NCBI GenBank assembly: GCA_964270895.1
Contig: OZ185439.1
DNA: 64,000 nucleotides
DNA from: Podarcis filfolensis
Lineage: Eukaryota
Reading direction: 5' to 3' (one strand)
Position numbers and translations under genes: made by a program. Of the stretch, positions 50,598 to 60,927 are shown one piece after another. Within the stretch, counting starts at the first letter, position 1. Each line of letters starts with the position of its first letter. The notes below the pieces were generated by a model. The model saw nothing but the letters and a program-made list of their open reading frames with translations, ran no database searches and was not told where the DNA came from.

Positions 50598-52622
50598 ACC
50601 TCCCCCAAAAGAATCAATGCGTGTTGCGGCAAGCAAAGCGTGATCCAGAGAAGAAAACAAACAGTTGTTATACACATAACACTCCCCTGTTGTTTCAGTT
50701 CCACCCTTGGAACTACCCGCCACTGGTTTTCCCAGTGTACCTCTCTGGTTGTCTGGCTTCCAAGGAATGAGTGCATCTGCATTACCTTGGCTAGTAACTC
50801 TCTGTTGTGTCTTTGTCTCTGACTTAGACACAGCTCCAACCTGTCCTCGGTTGTTTACAACAGCAACACATGCAACAGCTAAATTAGCATACTCTTCTGA
50901 GTACCTTTTGGGTGGTTCACCCTTTGTGACTCTCTCAGACCTGCGTATGAGGTGCTGATCCTCTTTGCTCACTGGTTCAGTCTCAGGACTCTTAGGAGAA
51001 CCAGTTCCAACAGTAAACAGTGGTTCAACCTTCACCTGTGAAGGTCTATCCATTGTGTGAGATTTCCTCTCAATGACTGTGACAACAGAGCTGTCTGAGC
51101 TATCACTGTCACTCTCAGTACCACTGTACTCTGTGAAATCATCATCATCATCTGAATCGTCCTCTGTGGGAAATGTGTGTACTGTCACTCTCTCCTTTTC
51201 AGGAGCACACTCTAGAAATTTTGTGAGAATCACCTGACCAGATTCAGACAAAATTACTCTGTAGAGACCCTTTTCATACCCCACAAAAATGCCTCTGGCA
51301 TTCTTTACTCCACCTGGAGCTTCTGTCCTCACATGAGACCCAAAAACCTTGAAATGGGCAACAGAAGGTTTTCTCTGGAACAGTTTCTCAAAAGGAGAAC
51401 TTCCCAACTCTTTCGAAACCTTTCTCACCCACGCATAACTAAACGACATGAGTGACTCCGCCCAGTACTCATGTGGCAGATGTGAACTAAGCAATTGCGC
51501 ATTCATCCCCTTTTGCAATTCTTTGTTCACTTTTACACAAACACCCCTGTTCCACGCTTCCGCTGAAACAGCAATCTTGTGTCTGATCCCCTTCTTCTGC
51601 AGGAACCTCTGGAAATCCTGTAAAAGAAAAATCTGCTTCTCATCTGTCAAAAGACAATCAATGTTAGCATCATGCATATCTTTAACTTTGTCACAAAACT
51701 CTTGAAACCTTTCCAAGGCTTCCTGTGGTTTCTTTAACACATAAACCCAGACAAAGTTAGAGAAATGATCCACACACACAAGATAAAATCTTGCATTGCC
51801 TCTAGATGGTTCTAGAGGACCAATCACATCAGCATACACCTGCTGAAACGCTCTGTCGACCCTGGCCACCTTCTTGGCACTTGTTTTGGTCACACCTGCA
51901 AGAGAAATCATGTTAGACTCAGAATTACATTCCATGTAATCACTTTGGTCAAAGTCCAACAAATACAGTCCACCTTTCTGTCTGGCAGAAAGATATAACT
52001 CTCCATCTTTGAAGATCTCGCAGCTCTTATCATCGTAGGACAGTCTCAGTCCTCTCTTTGCAATCTGCGAAACACTCAGCAGATTGAACTTCAATTCAGG
52101 AACCAAGTAAACATTGTTTATTGTCAAGTTCAGACTCTTAAGATACACAGATCCAACCCCAGTCGCCTCCAGCTTCTGACCGTTGGCTTGTTCCACAGCG
52201 AAGCTTTGCTTCTTAAACGTCGAAAAGAGTCCTCTGTGTGGGGACATATGAACCGTCGCTGCAGTATCGATAATAAACGCGTTCCCAACATCTGGCGTGG
52301 TTCCTTTCGCCATCAAAGCCCTTGCAGGTTCCACCGAAGACTTGGTATGACCTTTGCCTGCTGCCTCAGGCTTTTCTGAGCGGCCCTTCGCTCCTTTTGG
52401 CTGACGTGGCTTCTTGCAGCTCCGCTGAAGATGCCCAGCCTGTCCACAATTGTAACACTGTACAACGTTCAAAGCTACAGCATCCTTTCCAGTAGCCTCA
52501 TCGGTGGGGGAATTAGAACTCCGTTCCTCCCTCCCCCTGTCCTTTACTTCCAGTGCAGCATGCCGGCTGTGTTCATCCTGAACCACGGTACTCAGGGGCA
52601 CTCCCCCTTTCTTGGCATCCAT
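50451..52622 (-). CDS. 723-aa copia-type polyprotein remnant: CCHC knuckle, aspartic protease, pre-integrase segment, degenerate integrase core, SH3-like domain, acidic linker
   Basis: CYNCGQAGHLQRSC (aa 56-69), FIIDTAATVHM, VYLVPELKFNLLSVSQI, GGLYLLD, ADVIGP...VDHFS...LTDE, FKVFGS, GIFVGY; in-frame stop five codons upstream of the ATG. Confidence 0.9.
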   Translation of the reverse strand: MDAKKGGVPLSTVVQDEHSRHAALEVKDRGREERSSNSPTDEATGKDAVALNVVQCYNCGQAGHLQRSCKKPRQPKGAKGRSEKPEAAGKGHTKSSVEPARALMAKGTTPDVGNAFIIDTAATVHMSPHRGLFSTFKKQSFAVEQANGQKLEATGVGSVYLKSLNLTINNVYLVPELKFNLLSVSQIAKRGLRLSYDDKSCEIFKDGELYLSARQKGGLYLLDFDQSDYMECNSESNMISLAGVTKTSAKKVARVDRAFQQVYADVIGPLEPSRGNARFYLVCVDHFSNFVWVYVLKKPQEALERFQEFCDKVKDMHDANIDCLLTDEKQIFLLQDFQRFLQKKGIRHKIAVSAEAWNRGVCVKVNKELQKGMNAQLLSSHLPHEYWAESLMSFSYAWVRKVSKELGSSPFEKLFQRKPSVAHFKVFGSHVRTEAPGGVKNARGIFVGYEKGLYRVILSESGQVILTKFLECAPEKERVTVHTFPTEDDSDDDDDFTEYSGTESDSDSSDSSVVTVIERKSHTMDRPSQVKVEPLFTVGTGSPKSPETEPVSKEDQHLIRRSERVTKGEPPKRYSEEYANLAVACVAVVNNRGQVGAVSKSETKTQQRVTSQGNADALIPWKPDNQRGTLGKPVAGSSKGGTETTGECYVYNNCLFSSLDHALLAATRIDSFGGGCYEKGAMLLSAPGGWKAKQVVDVLGLYRGKKGQSIMCSEHRMLAQSVT
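50598..50606 (-). other. Polypurine tract
   Basis: GGGGGAGGT immediately before the TGTTACG start of the 3' LTR on the - strand. Confidence 0.85.
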
Positions 52623-53051
52623 GCTGAACTCAAGTCACAGCTCTGCACTCTCGAGCTAGTAAAATCCAAAAGCTGTTTTTCTGCCTCTCTCTCAGGCAGG
52701 CAAACTCCAAGCTGTCTGAAAGTCAAAACAACTTTCGCTTTCCCGGCTCTGACTGAGCCAGCCCCAGGTGTCAGTAGTTTTCCACTGACTGGCGGTCGTT
52801 GCCTAGCAACCTTTCTCGGGACAGGAATCCTTATCTACCACAGGAATTTCTGGTATGCAAGCCTTTCTTTCAGAGCTTGTTTTTTCCAAACGCAGCTCTC
52901 GTGAACCAGAGAATAAATCAATCTGCATTCACACTTTTAGCCCGATATTCAGCATACCTTTTTGGGGCTCCGTTGCTTGGAAAACACCCCCTCTTGGGGC
53001 CAGCCGTCTGTTCAGCTTCTGGCTGCAATTGCAGACGTTATCTTCTCTCCT

Positions 53052-53086
53052 TGGTGCAGAGGATGGCACACGATCCATCAACCTCT
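53052..53086 (-). other. tRNA-iMet 3'-half-like sequence with CCA inside the element's 5' UTR
   Basis: AGAGGTTGATGGATCGTGTGCCATCCTCTGCACCA versus tRNA-iMet AGAGGTCGATGGATCGAAACCATCCTCTGCTACCA: 30 identical positions by manual alignment. Confidence 0.85.
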
Positions 53087-53128
53087 CACCTCTCATGCTG
53101 ATTCCCATGGATCAGATAACCAGCAGTG

Positions 53129-53138
53129 TCTGCTACCA
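53129..53138 (-). other. Primer-binding site for initiator tRNA-Met
   Basis: TGGTAGCAGA, 2 nt after the LTR end TCAACA, complementary to the 3' end ...UCUGCUACCA of vertebrate tRNA-iMet. Confidence 0.9.
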
Positions 53139-53140
53139 TA

Positions 53141-53598
53141 TGTTGATTCAAGCCTTCGATTCAGAGGAATTTGGCCACCCTCCAGGTGCCCGGCTTGAAT
53201 CCTTATGACCTCCTGTCTGCGACTCCCGGCAAGATCAAAGGAGGTCTCCAATCGGCGATTCTCCTCAACGTGAAGAAGAACACACCACTCCTCCCCCTCC
53301 TCCATTCCCAGGGGGGGGGGAAAGAGACAGACAGAAATGTATTTACATGCCTTTATTTCTGTCTTTCCAGTAGTGCAGAGAAATCATGTCTGCACTCTCT
53401 GATACCCAGCTGCAGAGAGAGAAACTCCACCCATGTACTTCCAGTACAGGGTCATGTGACACTCTGAGCTAACATCCGGTGCTCAGAGCACATAATAGAC
53501 TGTCCCTTCTTCCCACGGTACAGTCCCAAAACATCAACAACCTGTTTGGCTTTCCAGCCACCTGGAGCACTCAGCAGCATTGCTCCTTTTTCGTAACA
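53141..53598 (-). repeat. 5' LTR (458 bp)
   Basis: On the - strand TGTTACG...TCAACA, followed by TA and the PBS. Confidence 0.95.
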
Positions 53599-55826
53599 GA
53601 TAGGTTGCATCTTGGCAGCTTGTCTCTTTGATTTTCTGTTCAAGTACTGTATCTGGAACTCTCAATCCTTTAATCCATGCTGGTTCCCCACTCCCATTAG
53701 AAAAAGAAGTCAGAGGCTTAACACGGTAGCAAGCGGGGTGTATTTGCTCTCAATGATCCTCAGTCACAGTTTTGTTGCATATAGAATAGACCAGACACAA
53801 ATTTGCCCTAGGATGACTCTATCCTAGGCTGCTCCTAATTTCCATTATTTATCTTGCCATTCCTCCAATAAGTTTATGGTTCTCCCACTTCCCAATTCAC
53901 AGCAACCAGTGGTGTAGGAAGGGGAATGCGGGGGCTGTGGACCGCCCCAGGTGTTATCAGTGAGGGGAGTGACAAAATGGCCAACCAGCTGGGAGGCGGG
54001 CCACTTCCCCGGTGCCAGCACTCGGCTCCAAGCGCGCAGCGCACCTTCCTCCCGGCACTACCATCCTGAACTGGGGGCGGCTGGCACCAGCTTGAGGAGG
54101 GGGGGCAGAGCCTGACTCCATCCCACTGGAGATGTGAGGTGGGGGCGAACTTGGAAGCGGAACCTTCCACAGGTAAACACAAGCAGGCGCCCTGCAGCAG
54201 CGAGTGTCTTTCAAAACACAAGCAAAGCAATGAGGGGGGTTGCCAGAAGGGCGCAACAGCCTCCGTTCAGGGCTGGGGTTGCTCTAGCGGTGGTGGGGGT
54301 TGGCTGCGTGATGCCTTTGTTCTCTGCTGCTTGCCCCTCCCCCTCCCACCCCAGGCATGTTGGAGTCATGTTCCGCTGCTGACAGCAACCTCCTCTCAGT
54401 CCCAAACAGCATAGTCAATGGTCAGGGATGATGTACTCCAGTGACAACTGGATGCCACCCCAATGGCTTCTACATAGTCAGGACCCTGGATTGTGCCCAG
54501 ATTCCTAATTGCATATACAAACCCCATGTACATTCTCCCTTTCTGTTGAATGTGCAGCCAGAGGATGGGACAGACTCAGTGGATACTTGGAGACTGGGGG
54601 CAGGACCCTTAACCATGATTTAACTCCTCCATATGTTTGCATGCCCTGCTGCTACCCATTATATATTGCCTTTGAACACTGAATAGATCTATCTTATTTT
54701 CCATACATTTGTTTGATTGTTTTTCAAATAATTTGCATTAGGGACCACCAATATTCTGCAGTTCTTAATCTAATACGTTACGTACACATTACAAAAATAG
54801 GTACTTCCCTCTGTTTGTCTGGAAGCTGCTGGCAAATAATTGATTTCATCTGAGTAGACCTCTGAGCTTCCATTCAGAAGACAGGGCCTTTACATAATGC
54901 TTACTCTGAAATTATATGCAGGGCAAAGTCTGACTCACCAGAAGTTTGTCACCCATTACCCAGCTCAGATTATCTGCCTCTGGATAAGGACATAATTTAG
55001 CTGAACATTGCTTGTTCTAAAAGTAAAACTGAGTTAAGTCTAACACTAAAGAGCACCCTGAATTTTGTCTAGGATGATATGAAAAATGCTAAGGAAAGGC
55101 CAGAGTTTAAGCAAAGGTGTTGGATTAAGGCAACGTGAAAAAATTGTTTTACTAGATTTATATCAGCTCTTGAGGCCAGTTTCTGGCTCTCACAGCTACA
55201 ATTCACAATGGTGAACACACTTCTGCTGGGTTTTTCATTTTTATTCTCTTTGGGAGTGTTGCAAACTGTATCAGCCTCGTCCAGTGGTGTGATTTCTCCT
55301 CCCTCACCTGACAAGCTGTTATCAGTACAGAAAGTGATGAAGCAGAATTTCTCCATACAGATAGAAGAAGAGTTATCAGCTTTGGCCTGTTTTCTTTCTG
55401 GAAGGTCGAAGTTAGGGGCTTACAAGAGCTGAATGATCTGAACAGAAAGGCTCTTGCTGGATGCAGGAGTGAAAAGTTGCTCTGAATCTAGGAAGAAATA
55501 AAGCCTCCAGGGACAGCAATGATCTAGATTTCAGGAAATAAACACTGTGGGGAGTGGGTTGAAATGAACCTGAGCTAACCAGGAAAAAGTGATTCAGAGG
55601 ACTAGTATAATCTACTGAGATGGCCAAAATGGCACGTTGCACCTTTGAACAGGAGTAACAGAGATGCACATCCTTTCCCTCTCACAATCTTGGTATAATA
55701 TGGATGGAGTGCAAGAGCCTGTGACTTTGAGAAACGAAAACTGTAACCATCACAGGTCCTATACGGTTGTTCTTCTCCACACACCTGCAATCATGTGGTG
55801 GTGGTGAACAAGGCCACACCCACTAG

Positions 55827-56027
55827 CTCTGCCCCATAGGAGCCAACGCCTAGGGACCAAGGTCCCTTTGCCCCCCAATAAAATATTTGAGGGGGTCAGG
55901 GGTGCCCAAGCTGATGGGCATTGCCATTCAAATGGTCTGTGTGTGCCCATGCCATGTTATTGATTATGTGGAGTGGAGCTTACCTACTCCCCCCCCCCCC
56001 AATATTTTATTGAAGTTGGCACCTCTG
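55827..56027. mobile_element. MITE-like element
   Basis: Imperfect inverted termini CATAGGAGCCAAC / GTTGGCACCTCTG; TSD not established. Confidence 0.45.
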
Positions 56028-57924
56028 CTTTGCCCCCTCTGTGCCATCCTCACCACCATTGTCTATGTGTTGGGGGGGGGAGTCTGTAAAGGGGGGCTTG
56101 TTATATGCACTTAGGCTCTCCCTGTGATTGGGAATCCTGATCATGCAGGGATCCCAGCTTCAGGGAGATGGTATGTACATACAATAAGCTCTTTGTTACA
56201 GACATTCCCTACACACCCACAATGTATGGGCAGCATTAGGGTGGGGTCAGTGAGGAACAGAAAGAACATATGGCACAATTGCCTGGAGGGGAATGCCCAT
56301 ATAAGGTTATAATGCTCAAGGAAGAGAGGTTTAGACAAAAAAAATTACTTAGAGCTAATGGAAGAAGCAGAGACTGAACATTAGTTCTGAATAAAACTTC
56401 TGCCTAAACCTGTCTCTCTTGTGAGGTTCTTCTAATTAATAACTGTTGAAGGAATTAACCATTTTAACCAATATTTTCCATGATTTGTTAATAAGGAAAA
56501 AACTGTACATCCTGATATTATAAATGATTTGTTTATAATCATTGTTTATAAAATTATAATATATAATTTGTTTATAGCTGCAGTTGGATTAGCATGTACG
56601 CAGCCTATATGGCAGCTGGGGATTGTCACCTCACACTTTCCAATGTAATTTTCCGTCACTTTTCTCAATAGACAATTGTCCCCAGAAAATGTGGATAGCA
56701 ACCAAATTTTATGTGAATAAACATCCCATCTGAAAGCACCCTAAGAGTAAAAGCCCTTAAAAAGCGTTAAAAGCGACACCGAGGGTAAAAATTGAAAAGC
56801 AAAATCTGAAAAAATGTTCAAACATTTAAATTCAAATCCTGACTTTTTGCCGAAATTTGAATTGGTGCAAGATACTTTCAAATCTTCACTCCTCTCACAT
56901 TCTCAGCCTGCCACTTTGGTCATGTAAATTGGAGTTTAGTCATCCACCACTCCCAGTGGGGAATTTGTGGTCCTCCAGATACTGGTGAAGTCCAAGCCCC
57001 ATCGTCTCCAGAATAGCCAATGGTCAGGGATGATGGGAATTGCAGTCCAACCAACATCTTAAGAAGCACAGATTTCCCATTCCTACCTGATCTGAGAACA
57101 CAAATACGTTCCTCACTTTTGAAGGCCAATGCTTTTGGGGGCAGACTCTAGTCCAAATCAATTTTTAGCAAGTTTTGACAGAATGCCGTTTAATTCAAGA
57201 AGCATTAATTTTAACCATTTATCCCATAGTCCCTGTTTGAAAAAAAAGAGAGAGAGAAACATAAAGCTAATTACTCTATTATGTATTATGAGGTCTGGGT
57301 GTGTAAAACTTTCACACCAGAAGTGTCTTATTTTGCTAACTGCTTGAACATTAAACTTGAACAGAAAGGAATTGTTCCCATGACTCATATTTTTCATCAT
57401 TTGGTCATTAAATTGTGATGGATATAAACCTGTAAAGTACCTAAACTGAACCTTTTAACAATCCATGAGCAATACTATCATTTTTTTAATAGAACTCGCT
57501 GACCGTGCCTTTCTCAGATGCCATTTGTCACTTTCAGTGGGCAATAATCAATAACTTGGCTTTGAAATAAATAATATAGCAGTCGCAATATATTATCTTT
57601 CAGGCTGGCCTTATACTAACCACAAAACAGGGTCTGGGAAGATGAGAAGTTTAGGTAAATGTTAAAAATGGAATGACACTGAGAAGAAGAGCTAAATGAA
57701 TGAGTGGACAAAGCCTAATCCTTTCTTATCCTAATCCTTTCTTCCCACTTTTGTCCCATTTTGTCATGTCATTGAGCATGTTGCATGCTCCTTGTGGTGG
57801 TTGGAAAGTTTGCATCGTATTCACATTTTTCAGTTAGGTCATGCATTTACCCAAACAGCTGGTGCAGGTTCCAGAATGTCTAAGCGACTTCAGATTATCT
57901 AATCTTCACTTATCTATATTTGTG

Positions 57925-57972
57925 CTAGATGATCTTTGTGGTCCCTTCCAACTCTACAATTCTATGATTCTA
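57925..57972 (+). mobile_element. CR1 terminal fragment
   Basis: TAGATGATCTTTGTGGTCCCTTCCAACTCTACAATTCTATGATTCTA, the canonical CR1 end with ATTCTATG repeats. Confidence 0.8.
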
Positions 57973-60158
57973 TTAATGATGTTCCCTACATCAGTCAACC
58001 CCACTCAAGTGAAACAAAGGCATTTATATCCTCCTCCACCATTCTGCCTCACATTCTTTGTACTTCTCCTCTCTTTAGAACAAAAGTGGGGTTTCAAATC
58101 CTAGCGCCCAATGAAATATGAGCATGTTTAAGAGGATGTGTTCAGTGTAAAAGAGGTTGACTCAGTGCAAACAGGAATTAAGCAGGCAAAACAAACAGTC
58201 TTGAATTATCAAGGGGATGTTTACTGAGTCCTTGCATGGGTGACATAGGAGGTACTGCCAGGCACACCAGTGCCCACCGGCACTGTGTTGGAGATCCTAC
58301 TACACACATGACAACTAATCCTGGCAATCGTCAAGTTCCAAACTAATGCTGTGTTAGGTGTAATTTCTCTGCGCTGGACTCTGGTTTCCAAATCTTTTAG
58401 ATTTAATATGTTAGATACAGCAGCTTGTATAAAACTACTTCTCAGTCAAGTGACAACATTGTTGTGGCTGTGATACAGCAAGTGTTCTTTCTGCCTGCCA
58501 ATCAGAAAAGTTTGTAAACAGTCATCATATTGATTAGAATATACGGAATTCATTAAACTATGTAGACAAGCTCACAGAGTTAAGTTGCCTGGTAGAAAAC
58601 ACAAAGTCATTGTAAGGCTGCCTCTGAGATGGTTCACAAGAGATGGTGAACCAGTGAATATCTAGGAGACTGGAGATTTCTGCACTGTTGCATTCAGTAC
58701 TTTACTCAGCAGACCCAAGTACTCTGTTATTTCAACAAATATCACAAAACAGCTTTAAAGTATTGCTAGACCATCAAAGATCTTGGATGTGATCTTTATC
58801 ACCAGATGTCACCATCTCTATTGCCACATGAAGCACAGTCAATAGCCTTGTTATGTAGGAGTGGGGAAAGGATATCCTTGCTATTACTTGCAACTTTGGT
58901 AAAAATGGCTGGTTAAATTATCCTGGGCTGGTGAAGTTGTACACAGTCTCTTCTTCAGAAAACTCCACTAGCACCCTGGATCAAACTATTTAGTTCTGGC
59001 AACTCTCCTGGTAAGCCAAAGAGAAGCACCACACTCTCACATGTGAAACTTCAGTAATTTCGATTCTGGGTGTTTCAAATTCACTGTGGGTCCACTGTGT
59101 AAGTCAAGGTCAATGTCACCATGCGTAAATAGAACTCTTGTTTATTCAAACTTCTGATTATTGTTTTTCTAACCTCCCGCAGGCAATTCAGATAAGTAAA
59201 GCTGTACTATGTTTAATATTTATAAGGCTGCAAGAGAACAGTGGGGAACCCTTAATTACAATGGAAATGGAGATTATGTACTTAAATATACTGGAGAAAG
59301 GCTTGAATCACAGCAACATTTATTATAAATAACATCCCCCTATACAAGTCTAAAAATAATCTCCTTAATGCTCGTGTGTGTGCATGTGTTTGATATTAAA
59401 AATGACTGATTTAAAGGAATGTGCTTCACCTTCTTTGCCAAGTAAGAAGGTTTGGTTCCAGTATGCTCAGGCTTAAATGCTGCCAGTATTTCATGTTCGG
59501 ATAGTCATAAAGTTAAAGGTTAATAGGCTGTACAAATGACAGAGTTTAAAGGGGAAAATGAGCACCGGGAAGATCTCTAGTACTTAGGCAACATTTTAAA
59601 AATGAAGCTTAGCTTCATTGTAATATCTTCTCTCATGATGTTGATCATTAGTGAGAATAATTCTATTTGCATAAGCAATTTCTTTGCCTATAGCCCATCT
59701 CCGCTTATTTTGAGGGTAATTGTGACACATACTGACTCATAAGCCTTTGACACACGCCGACTCATAATCGTGCTCAGTGACATAACAATCTGCTGCCCTG
59801 GAAAATGTAACAGTGCAAATGTAAAATGGTGGCCTCTGTGCAATGATGAAGGGCAAGTAGATGTTGTAAATGGAGGAAGCTTTTCATACTAGAAAATGAG
59901 ACTGGCACCGAGAAAAGAATAAGGGAAAAAAACCATTACAGGTTAAAACCATGTGCAGTGAGATTCTAAGCAAGTCTACTCTGAAGTAAGCCCCACTGAG
60001 TTCAATTAAATATATTCCATTGTTAACATGCATAGAACTGTAGCCTTCTTTAACAATCTCAGATTTGATTAGAGGCTTTCAGCTGCTGTGATTTTAAGAA
60101 ATAATTGTGATCTAAACTAAGTTACAGTTAGTTGCAATCTGTGTTATCTTGGAATGCA

Positions 60159-60927
60159 GGGGCAGATGGGGCTCATCAACCCGGCAAGGTAGCCCATCTA
60201 GGAAAAAGAAACTTCAATCCTAAACATCTTGCAGTTAAACTAATTTGTGAGAAATCCTTTGGGAGTGAACCCTGAGGAACAATTTGTACCCGCTGCTTTG
60301 TGAAATATCTCCCAGAGAAGAAAAGGCTAAGGATTAAACCCTACACAAATCCAGAGTGGAATCCCTAAGGCAGTTGGATGGTGTCTTGTAAGCCTCTTTC
60401 TGCCAACTCCTGCAGCCCAGTGGGTGCCAAATGTATTGCTTTGCTTTGGACCACACCAAGAGGGGAGTCTTGTCATCTGGGCAGACCAGGATCTCCATAC
60501 ACACTGCCCAGGCTTGCACCCTGAGGAGGTCACTGCAAATACAGCAAAAACTATGTGGGAGGCACCAGCTACAAGTTATAAGTTCAACCTGATTGGCATA
60601 AGGTATAAGTACTACAGGTTGTCTTCATTGGTGGGAGAGATCTTCATTCTCACTGGTCAGCTGTGGCTTAAGCGGGGCAGCCCTTGGTCAACCCATAGCA
60701 GTGACCAGAAGAATGACCACTGGGAAGAGCACAGAGAGAAGATATGTCACGGTGCAACTGCAGCAGCACAACCAGAGACCTTCATCTGTCCCAGCTGGAA
60801 CCAAACATGTCTATTCCACATCAGTCTCTGCAGCCACAGCAGGTACTGCAACCTTCCAACAGTTTGACTTCACCCCCAAAGGTGCACACTTTCATTGTCT
60901 CCTGAGGCAGACAGATGCCAACAACAA
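60159..60927 (+). mobile_element. RTE-clade LINE remnant: 5'-UTR-like part plus ORF C-terminus and 3' tail
   Basis: GGGCAGATGGGGCTCATCAACC...GCCCATCTAGGA 5' part; 3' part encodes TFICPSWNQTCLFHISLCSHSRYC (decayed zinc-finger motif) and ends GACAGATGCCAACAAC. Confidence 0.65.

Larger units (their letters stand above)
50149..53598 (-). mobile_element. Ty1/copia-derived LTR retrotransposon, non-autonomous (no RT or RNase H)
   Basis: Two near-identical LTRs 3001 bp apart, tRNA-iMet PBS, PPT, and an ORF with zinc knuckle, protease and integrase in copia order. Confidence 0.95.

Noticed and set aside
53052-53134. Functional tRNA-Met gene
   Set aside because: No D arm or A box, 5' half unrelated, 8-nt T loop and encoded CCA; reported instead as a tRNA-like element
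53611-53621. 11-bp match CTTGGCAGCTT on both sides of the copia element (50101 and 53611)
   Set aside because: Not adjacent to either LTR end and too long for a copia TSD; treated as chance
60424-60867. 147-aa ORF with a zinc-finger-like motif
   Set aside because: Decayed RTE LINE C-terminus (second Cys replaced by Trp), not a host zinc-finger gene
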